In this document: positions 1-10,849 of the stretch, piece after piece
Layout of the letters: each line of letters starts with the position of its first letter
Numbering within the stretch: position 1 is the stretch's first letter
Assembly: GCA_964016885.1 (NCBI GenBank)
Contig: OZ024743.1
Location: 133,114,001-133,178,000, forward strand
Direction: 5' to 3'
Source of the DNA: Eledone cirrhosa
Lineage: Eukaryota
DNA: 64,000 nt
The notes under the pieces: generated by a model
Seen by the model: only the letters and a program-made list of their open reading frames with translations
Databases searched by the model: none
Told to the model about the DNA's origin: nothing
Translations under genes and position numbers: made by a program

Positions 1-831
1 CAAAGCACCAAGCACCAAACACCAAACACCAAGCTCCAAGCACCAAACACCAAACACCAAGCACCAAGCACCAAGCACCAAACACCAAGCACCAAGCACC
101 AAGCACCATGCACCAAACACCAAGCATCAAGCACCAAACAGCAAACACCAAACAGCAAACACCAAACAGCAAACACCAAACAGCAAACACCAAACACCAA
201 GCACCAAGCACCAAACACCATACGCCAAACACCAAACACCAAGCACCAAGCACCAAACACCAAGCACCAAGCACCAAAGACCAAACACCAAGCACCAAGC
301 ACGAAACACCAAGCACCAAGCACCGAGCACCAAACACCAAACACCAAACACCAAGCACCAAGCACCAAACACCAAACACCAAGAACCAAGCACCAAACAC
401 CAAATACCAAGCACCAAGCACTAAACACCAAACACCAAGCACCAACCACCAAGCACCAAGCACCAAGCACCAAGCACCAAACACAAAACACCAAGTACCA
501 AGCACCAAGCACCAAACACCAAACACCAAACACCAAGCACCAAGCACCAAACACCAAACACCAAGCACCAAGCACCAGAGACCAAGCACCAAGCACCAAG
601 GACCAAACACCAAACACCAAACACCAGGCACAAAGCACCAAACACCAAGCACCAAGCACCAAACACCAAACACCAAGCACAAAGCACCAAAGAGCAAAAA
701 CAAAGCACCAAGCACCAAACACCAAACACCAAACACCAAACAGCAAACACCAAACACCAAATAGCAAACACCAAAGGGCAAACTCCAAACACCAAACAGC
801 AAACACAAAACACCAAACAGCAAACAACAAA

Positions 832-866
832 CAGCAAACAGCAAACAGCAAACAGCAAACAGCAAA
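832..866. repeat. Pure (CAGCAAA)5 sub-array
   Basis: Five consecutive CAGCAAA units; paralogous runs at ~3111-3145 and ~8649-8676. Confidence 0.9.
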
Positions 867-974
867 CACCAAACACCAAGCACCAAGCACCAAGCACCAA
901 ACACCAACACCAAGCACCAAGCACCAAACACCAAGCACCAAGCACCAAACACCAAACACCAAGCTCCAAGCACC

Positions 975-987
975 AAAAAAAAAAAAA
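975..987 (+). repeat. A13 homopolymer within the satellite
   Basis: CACC-A13-CACCAAGCACCAAACCCCAAG; same length and same downstream context as the tract at 3233-3245. Confidence 0.9.
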
Positions 988-1589
988 CACCAAGCACCAA
1001 ACCCCAAGCACCAAACACCAAGCACAAAACACCAAGCACCAAGCACCAAACACCAAACACCAAGCACCAAGCACCAGAGACCAAGCACCAAGCACCAAGG
1101 ACCAAACACCAAACACCAAACACCAGGCACAAAGCACCAAACACCAAGCACCAAGCACCAAACACCAAAGACCAAGCACAAAGCACCAAAGAGCAAAAAC
1201 AAAGCACCAAGCACCAAACACCAAACACCAAACACCAAACAGCAAACACCAAACACCAAATAGCAAAAACCAAAGAGCAAACTCCAAGCACCAAACAGCA
1301 AACACAAAACACCAAACAGCAAACAGCAAATAGCAAACTCCAAACACCAAACACCAAGCACCAAGCACCAAATCCCAAGCACCAAACACCAAGCACCAAT
1401 CACCAAACACCAAGCACCAAGCACCAAACACCAAACACCAAGCACCAAGTACCAAACACCAAACACCAAGCACCAAACACTAAACAGCAAACGCAAAAAA
1501 GCAAATGCCAAACCCCAAACGCCATACAGCAAACGCCCAGCACCAAACACCAAACACCAAGCGCCAAGCACCAAACACCAAACACCAAG

Positions 1590-2870
1590 CACCAAGCACC
1601 AAACACCAAACACCAAGCACAAATCACCAAACACCAAACACCAAGCGCCAAACACCAAACACCAAACACCTAGCACCAAGCACCAAGCACCAAACACCAA
1701 GCACCAAACACCAAGCACCAAGCACCAAGCACCAAGCACCAAGCACCAAGCACCAAACACCAATCACCAAGCCCCAAGCATCAAACACCACGCACCCAGC
1801 ACCAAACACCAGACACCAAGCACCAAGCACCCAGAACAAAGCACCAAGCACCAAACACCAAACACCAAGCTCCAAGCACCAAACACCAAACACCAAGCAC
1901 CAAGCACCAAGCACCAAACACCAAACACCAAGCACCAAGCACCAAACACCAAACACCAAGCACCAATCACCAAACACCAAGCCCCAAGCGCCAAACACCA
2001 AACACCAAACACCTAGCACCAAGCACCAAGCACCGAACACCAAGCACCAAACACCAAGCACCAAGCACCAAGCACCAAGCACCAAGCACCAAACACCAAT
2101 CACCAAGCCCCAAGCACCAAACACCAAGCACCAAGCACCAAACACCAAACACCAAGCACCAAGCACCCAGAACCAAACAGCAAACACCAAACACCAAACA
2201 CCAAACACCAAACAGCAAACACCAAACAGCAAACACCAAACAGCAAACAGCAAACAAACACCAAGCACCAAACACCAAGCACCAAGCACCAAACAACAAC
2301 ACCAAGCACCAAGCACCAAACACCAAGCGCCAAGCACCAAACACCAAACACCAAGCTCCAAGCACCAAACACCATACACCAAGCACCAAGCACCAAACAC
2401 CAATCACCAAGCACCAAGCACCAAACCCCAAGCACCAAACACCAAGCACCAATCACCAAACACCAAACACCCAGCACCAAGCACCAAACACCAAGCACCA
2501 AGCACCAAGCACCAAACACCAAGCACCAAGTACCAAACACCAAACACCAAGCACCAAGTACCAAACACCAAACACAAGCACCAAGCACCAAACACCAAAC
2601 ACCAAGCACCAAGCACCAAACACCAAACACCAGGCTCCAAGCACAAAACACCAAGCACCAAGCACCAAGCAAGAAACACCAAACACCAAGCACCAAACAC
2701 CAAGCACCAAGCCCCAAGCACCAAACACCAAGCACCAAGCACCAAACACCAAGCACCAAGCACCAAGCACCATGCACCAAACACCAAGCACCAAGCACCA
2801 AACAGCAAACACCAAACAGCAAACACCAAACAGCAAACACCAAACAGCAAACACCAAACACCAAGCACCA
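1590..2870. repeat. Block duplicated at ~6770-8030 (offset 5159-5180)
   Basis: Ordered shared markers: CACAAAT 1618/6798, CCCCAAG-CATCAAA 1779/6938, CAGGCTCC 2631/7791. Near-identical ORF-track translations 1967..2452 and 7126..7611. Confidence 0.85.
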
Positions 2871-3232
2871 AGCACCAAGGACCAAACACCAAACACCAAA
2901 CACCAGGCACAAAGCACCAAACACCAAGCACCAAGCACCAAACACCAAAGACCAAGCACAAAGCACCAAAGAGCAAAAACAAAGCACCAAGCACCAAACA
3001 CCAAACACCAAACACCAAACAGCAAACACCAAACACCAAATAGCAAACACCAAAGGGCAAACTCCAAACACCAAACAGCAAACACAAAACACCAAACAGC
3101 AAACAACAAACAGCAAACAGCAAACAGCAAACAGCAAACAGCAAAAACCAAACACCAAGCACCAAGCACCAAGCACCAAACACCAACACCAAGCACCAAG
3201 CACCAAACACCAAGCACCAAGCACCAAGCACC

Positions 3233-3245
3233 AAAAAAAAAAAAA
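3233..3245 (+). repeat. A13 homopolymer, second copy
   Basis: CACC-A13-CACCAAGCACCAAACCCCAAG, paralog of 975-987 (offset 2258). Confidence 0.9.
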
Positions 3246-3309
3246 CACCAAGCACCAAACCCCAAGCACCAAACACCAAGCACAAAACACCAAGCACCAA
3301 GCACCAAAC

Positions 3310-4360
3310 ACCAAACATCAAACAGCAATCACCAAACATCAAACAGCAAACACCAAACACCAAACACCAAACATCAAACACCAAACAGCAAACAACAAAC
3401 AACAAACGCCAAACATCAAACGCCAAACACCAAACGCCAAATAGCAAACACCAAACCGCAAACACCAAACACCAAACAGCAAACACCAAACACCAAACAG
3501 CGAACTCCAAACAGCAAACACCAAACAGCAAACAGCAAACAGCAAACACCAAACACCAAACACCAAGCACCAAACTCCAAACACCAAGCACCAAGCACCA
3601 AGCACAAAACACCAAGCACCAAGCGCTAAACATAAAACACTAAGCACCAAGCACCAAGCACCAAGCACCAAACACCAAACATCAAACACCAATCACCAAA
3701 CATCAAACAGCAAACACCAAACATCAAACGCCAAACACAAACACCAAATAGCAAACACCAAACCGCAAACACCAAACACCAAACAGCAAACACCAAACAC
3801 CAAACAGCGAACACCAAACAGCAAACACCAAACAGCAAACACCAAACACCAAGCACCAAACACCAAACACCAAGCACGAAGCACCAAGCACAAAACACCA
3901 AGCACCAAGCACCAAACACCAAGCACCAAACACCAAACACCAAGCACCAAGCGCCAAACACCAAGCACCAAGCACCAAGCACGAAACACCAAGCACCAAT
4001 CACCAAACACCAAACACCAAGCACCAAACACCAAACAGCAAACACCAATCACCAAACACCAAACACCAAACACCAAACACCAATCACCAAACACCAAACA
4101 CCAAACACCAAACAGTAAACACCCAACACCAAACAGCAAACACCAAACACCAAACACCAAACAGCAAACACCAAACACCAAACACCAAACAGCAAACACC
4201 AAACAAACAGCAAACAGCAAACACCAAGCAGCAAACACCAAACAGCAAACACCAAACACCAAACACCAAATAGCAAACACCAAACAGCAAACACCAAACA
4301 GCAAACACCAAACAGCAAACACCAGACAGCAAACAGCAAACACCAAACACCAAACACCAA
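3310..4360. repeat. G-poor diverged sub-domain rich in CACCAAA/CAGCAAA/CATCAAA
   Basis: Long stretches lack CACCAAG. An internal duplication is marked by TAGCAAA..CCGCAAA..CAGCGAA at 3498 and 3805. Confidence 0.75.
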
Positions 4361-5691
4361 GCACCAAGCACCAAACACCAAGCACCAAGCAACAAGCACC
4401 AATCACCAAGCACCAAGCACTAAACACCAAACACCAAGCACCAAGCACCAAGCACCAAACAGCAAGCACCAAGCACCATGCACCAAACGCCAAGCACCAA
4501 GCACCAAACACCAAGCACCAAGCACCAAGCACCAAACGCCAAGCACCAAAGACCAAGCACCAAATACCAAGCACCAAGCACCAAACACCAATCACCAAGC
4601 ACCAAGCACCAAACACCAAGAACCAAGCACCAATCACGAAACACCAAACACCAAGCACCAAGCACCAAACACCAAACACCAAGCACCAAGTACCAAACAC
4701 CAAACACCAAACACCAAGCACCAAGCACCAAATCCCAAGCACCAAACACCAAGCACCAAGCACCAAACACCAAACACCAAGCACGAAGCACCAAGTATCA
4801 AATACCAAACACCAAACACCAAGCACCACACATCAAACACCAAGCACGAAGCACCAATCGCCAAGCACCAAGCACCAAGCAATAAACACAAAGCACCAAG
4901 CACCAAGCACCAAGCACCAAGCACCAAGCACCAAACACCAAGCACCAAACACCCAACACCAAACACCAAACATCAAACACCAATCACGAATCACAAAACA
5001 CCAAACACCAAACATCAAACACCAATCACGAATCACCAAGCACCAAACACCAAACACCAAGCACCAAGCACCAAGCACCAAACACCAAACACCAAGCACC
5101 AAGCACTAAACACCAAACACCAAGCACCAAACACCAAGCACCAAGCACCAAGCACCAAGCACCAAACACCAAGCACCAAGCACCAAACAGCAAACACCAA
5201 GCACCAAACACCAAACACCAAGCACCAAGCACCAAACACCAAACACCAAACACCAAGCACCAAGCCCCAAGCACCAAACACCAAGCACCAAGCACCAAAC
5301 ACCAAGCACGGAGCACCAAGCACCATGCACCAAACACCAAGCACCAAGCACCAAACAGCAAACACCAAACAGCAAACACCAAACACCAAACACCAACAAG
5401 CAAACACCAAACACCAAACACCAAACAGCAAACACCAAACAGCAAACACCAAACAGCAAACACCAAACACCAAACACCAAACAGCAAATGCCAAAAAGCC
5501 ACCGCCAAACCCCAAACGCCAAACAGCAAATGCCAAACCCCAAACGCCAAACAGCAAACGCCAAGCGCCAAACGCCAAACACCAAGTGCCAAGCACCAAA
5601 CACCAAACACCAAGCACCAAGCACCAAGCACCAAACACCAAACACCAAGCACCAAGTACCAAACACCAAACACCAAGCACCAAACACCAAA

Positions 5692-5775
5692 CAGCAAACG
5701 CCAAAAAGCAAACGCCAAACCCCATACGCCAAACAGCAAATGCCAAACCCCAAACGCCAAACAGCAAACGCCAAG
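5692..5775. repeat. 84-bp CpG-rich cassette, canonical copy (dozens of copies in the window)
   Basis: CAGCAAA CGCCAAA AAGCAAA CGCCAAA CCCCATA CGCCAAA CAGCAAA TGCCAAA CCCCAAA CGCCAAA CAGCAAA CGCCAAG. Recurs e.g. near 6315, 10404, 10979, 14612, 19504, 24178, 28320, 33471, 38195, 44284, 47286, 49225. Confidence 0.92.
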
Positions 5776-7829
5776 CACCAAACACCAAACACCAAGCGCC
5801 AAGCACCAAACACCAAACACCAAGCACCAAGCACCAAACACCAAACACCAAGCACCAATCACCAAACACCAAGCACCAAGCGCCAAGCACCAAACACCAA
5901 ACACCTAGCACCAAGCACCAAGCACCAAACACCAAGTACCAAACACCAATCACCAAGCCCCAAGCACCAAACACCAAGCGACAAGCACCAAACACCAAAC
6001 ACCAAGCACCAAGCACCCAGAACCAAGCACCAAGCACCAAACACCAAGCACCAAGCACCGAGCACCAAACACCAAGAACCAAGCACCAAGCTCTAAACAC
6101 CAAACACCAAGCACCAAGCACCAAACACCAAACACCAAACACCAAACACCAAACACCAAACAGCAAATGCCAAAAAGCAAACGCCAAACCCCAAACCCCA
6201 AACGCCAAACACCAAGCGCCAAGCACCAAACACCAAACACCAAGCACCAAGCACCAAACACCAAACACCAAGCACCAAGTACCAAACACCAAACACCAAG
6301 CACCAAACACCAAACAGCAAACGCCAAAAAGCAAACGCCAAACCCCATACGCCAAACAGCAAATGCCAAACCCCAAACGCCAAACAGCAAACGCCAAGCA
6401 CCGAACACCAAACACCAAGCGCCAAGCACCAAACACCAAACACCAAGCACCAAGCACCAAACACCAAACACCAAGCACCAATCACCAAACACCAAGCACC
6501 AAGCGCCAAGCACCAAACACCAAACACCTAGCACCAAGCACCAAGCACCAAACACCAAGTACCAAACACCAATCACCAAGCCCCAAGCACCAAACACCAA
6601 GCACCAAGCACCAAACACCAAACACCAAGCACCAAGCACCCAGAACCAAGAACCAAGCACCAAACACCAAGCACCAAGCACCGAGCACCAAACACCAAGA
6701 ACCAAGCACCAAGCACTAAACACCAAACACCAAACACCAAGCGCCAAGCACCAAACACCAAACACCAAGCACCAAGCACCAAACACCAAACACCAAGCAC
6801 AAATCACCAAACACCAAACACCAAACACCTAGCACCAAGCACCAAGCACCAAACACCAAGCACCAAACACCAAGCACCAAGCACCAAGCACCAAGCACCA
6901 AGCACCAAGCACCAAACACCAATCACCAAGCCCCAAGCATCAAACACCAAGCACCCAGCACCAAAAACCAAACACCAAGCACCAAGCACCCAGAACAAAG
7001 CACCAAGAACCAAACACCAAACACCAAGCTCCAAGCACCAAACACCAAACACCAAGCACCAAGCACCAATCACCAAACACCAAACACCAAGCACCAAGCA
7101 CCAAACACCAAACACCAAGCACCAATCACCAAACACCAAGCCCCAAGCGCCAAACACCAAACACCAAACACCTAGGACCAAGCACCAAGCACCGAACACC
7201 AAGCACCAAACACCAAGCACCAAGCACCAAGCACCAAGCACCAAGCACCAAACACCAATCACAAAGCCCCAAGCACCAAACACCAAGCACCAAGCACCAA
7301 ACACCAAACACCAAGCACCAAGCACCCAGAACCAAACAGCAAACACCAAACACCAAACACCAAACACCAAACAGCAAACACCAAACAGCAAACACCAAAC
7401 AGCAAACAGCAAACAAGCACCAAGCACCAAACACCAAGCACCAAGCACCAAACAACAACACCAAGCACCAAGCACCAAACACCAAGCGCCAAGCACCAAA
7501 CACCAAACACCAAGCTCCAAGCACCAAACACCATACACCAAGCACCAAGCACCAAACACCAATCACCAAGCACCAAGCACCAAACCCCAAGCACCAAACA
7601 CCAAGCACCAATCACCAAACACCAAACACCCAGCACCAAGCACCAAACACCAAGCACCAAGCACCAAGCACCAAACACCAAGCACCAAGTACCAAACACC
7701 AAACACCAAGCACCAAGTACCAAACACCAAACACCAAGCACCAAGCACCAAACACCAAACACCAAGCACCAAGCACCAAACACCAAACACCAGGCTCCAA
7801 GCACAAAACACCAAGCGCCAAGCACCAAG

Positions 7830-8700
7830 CAACACACACCAAACATCAAGCACCAAACACCAAGCACCAAGCCCCAAGCACCAAACACCAAGCACCCAGC
7901 ACCAAACACCAAGCACCAAGCACCAAGCACCATGCACAAAACACCAAGCACCAAGCACCAAACAGCAAACACCAAACAGCAAACACCAAACAGCAAACAC
8001 CAAACAGCAAACACCAAACACCAAGCACCAAGCACCAAACACCATACGCCAAACACCAAACACCAAGCACCAAGCACCAAACACCAAGCACCAAGCACCA
8101 AAGACCAAACACCAAGCACCAAGCACGAAACACCAAGCACCAAGCACCGAGCACCAAACACCAAACACCAAACACCAAGCACCAAGCACCAAACACCAAA
8201 CACCAAGAACCAAGCACCAAACACCAAATACCAAGCACCAAGCACTAAACACCAAACACCAAGCACCAAACACCAAGCACCAAGCACCAAGCACCAAGCA
8301 CCAAACACAAAACACCAAGTACCAAGCACCAAACAACAAACACCAAACACCAAGCACCAAGCACCAAACACCAAACACCAAGCACCAAGCACCAGAGACC
8401 AAGCACCAAGCACCAAGGACCAAACACCAAACACCAAACACCAGGCACAAAGCACCAAACACCAAGCACCAAGCACCAAACACCAAAGACCAAGCACAAA
8501 GCACCAAAGAGCAAAAACAAAGCACCAAGCACCAAACACCAAACACCAAACACCAAACAGCAAACACCAAACACCAAATAGCAAACACCAAAGGGCAAAC
8601 TCCAAACACCAAACAGCAAACACAAAACACCAAACAGCAAACAACAAACAGCAAACAGCAAACAGCAAACAGCAAACACCAAACACCAAGCACCAAGCAC
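7830..8700. repeat. Copy of window start (~1-900), offset ~7817-7824
   Basis: Same ordered markers: CACCATG, CACCATACGCC, CACCAGAGACC, GAGCAAAAACAAAG, TAGCAAA, GGGCAAACTCC (776 vs 8593). ORF starts 108 vs 7932. Confidence 0.85.
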
Positions 8701-10849
8701 CAAGCACCAAGCACCAATCACCAAACACCAAGCACCAAGCACCAAACACCAAACACCAAACACCAAGCACCAAGCATCAAGCACCAAGCACCAAACACCA
8801 ACCACCAAGCACCAAACACCAAACACAAAACAACAAGTACCAAGCACCAAACACCAAACACCAAACACCAAACACCAAGCACCAAGCACAAGACACCAAG
8901 CACCAAGCACCAAGCACCAAGCACCAAAAACCAAGCACCAACCTCCAAGCACCAAACACCAAGCACCAAACACCAAACACCAAGCACCAAGCACCAAACA
9001 CCAAGCACCAAGCGCCAAACACCAATCACCAAGCACCAAGCACCAAACACCAAGCACCAACCACCAAGCACCAAACACCAAACACCAAACACCAAACACC
9101 AAACACCAAGCACCAAGCACAAGACACCAAGCACCAAGCACCAAGCACCAAGCACCAAAAACCAAGCACCAAGCTCCAAGCACCAAACACCAAGCACCAA
9201 ACACCAAACACCAAGCACCAAGCACCAAACACCAAGCACCAAGCGCCAAACACCAAACACCAAGCACCAAGCACCAAACACCAAGCACCAACCACCAAGC
9301 ACCAAACACCAAGCACCAAGCACCAAGCACCAAGCACCAAGCACCAAACACCAAGCACCAAGCACCAAACAGCAAACACCAAGCACCAAACACCAAACAC
9401 CAAGCACCAAGCAACAAACACCAAACACCAAGCACCAAACACCAAGCACCAAGCCCCAAGCACGAAACACCAAGCACCAAGCACGAAACACCAAGCACCA
9501 AGCACCAAGCACCATGCACCAAACACCAAGCACCAAGCACCAAACAGCAAACACCAAACAGCAAACACCAAACAGCAAACACCAAACAGCAAACACCAAA
9601 CAGCAAACACCAAACAGCAAACGCCAAAAAGCAAACGCCAAACTCCAAACGCCAAACAGCAAATGCCAAACCCAAACGCCAAACAGCAAACGCCAAGCAC
9701 AAAACACCAAACACCAAGCGCCAACCACCAAACACCAAACACCAAGCACCAAGCACCAAACACCAAACACCAAGCACCAAGTACCAAACACCAAACACCA
9801 AGCACCAAACACCAAACAGCAAACGCAAAAAAGCAGACGCCAAACCCCATACGCCAAACAGCAAATGCCAAACCCCAAATGCCAAACGGCAAACGCCAAG
9901 CACCAAACACCAAACGCCAAGCGCCAAGCACCAAACACCAAACACCAAGCACCAAGCACCAAACACCAAACACCAAGCACCAATCACCAAACACCAAACA
10001 CCAAGCGCCAAACACCAAACACCAAACACCTATCACCAAGCACCAAGCACCAAACACCAAGCACCAAACACCAAGCACCAAGCACCAAGCACCAAGCACC
10101 AAACACCAATCACCAAGCCCCAAGCACCAAACACCAAGCACCCAGCACCAAACACCAAACACCAAGCACCAAGCACCCAGAACAAGGCACCAAGCACCAA
10201 ACACCAAACACCAAGCTCCAAGCACCAAACACCAAACACCAAGCACCAAGCACCAAGCACCAAACACCAAACACCAAGCACCAATCACCAAGCACCAAAC
10301 ACCAAGCACCAAACACCAAACACCAAACACCAAGCACCAAGCACCAAACACCAAACACCAAGCACCAAGCACCAAGCACCAAGCACCAAACACCATACAC
10401 CAAACAGCAAACGCCAAAAAGCAAACGCCAAACCCCATACGCCAAACAGCAAATGCCAAACACCAAACGCCAAACAGCAAACGCCAAGCACCAAACACCA
10501 AACACCAAGCGCCAAGCACCAAACACCAAACACCAAGCACCAAGCACCAAACACCAAACACCAAGCACCAATCACCAAACACCAAGCACCAAGCGCCAAG
10601 CACCAGACACCAAGCACCAAGCACCAAACACCAAACACCAAGCACCAAGCACTAAACACCAAACACCAAGCACCAAGCACCAAGCACCAAGCACCAAGCA
10701 CCAAACACCAAGCACCAAGCACCAAGCAGCAAGCACCAAGCACCAAACACCAAGCACCAAACACCAAACACCAAGCACCAAGCACCAAACACCAAACACC
10801 AAACACCAAGAACCAAGCCCCAAGCACCAAACACCAAGCACCAAGCACC

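Larger units (their letters stand above)
1..8710. repeat. Left diverged satellite domain
   Basis: Carries variants TAGCAAA, GAGCAAA, GGGCAAA (776, 3055, 8593), CATCAAA, pure (CAGCAAA)n runs, two A13 tracts and several phase-breaking 4- and 6-bp units. Includes one core-like block at ~5100-6760. Confidence 0.75.

Noticed and set aside
975-3245. A13 tracts as retroelement poly(A) tails or terminators
   Set aside because: No element body, target-site duplication or upstream hairpin; both sides are ordinary satellite units.
4881-4886. AATAAA polyadenylation signal
   Set aside because: It is a single in-phase variant heptamer (CAATAAA) in an A-rich repeat with no associated gene.
5692-5775. CENP-B box
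   Set aside because: No match on either strand to the YTTCGTTGGAARCGGGA motif.
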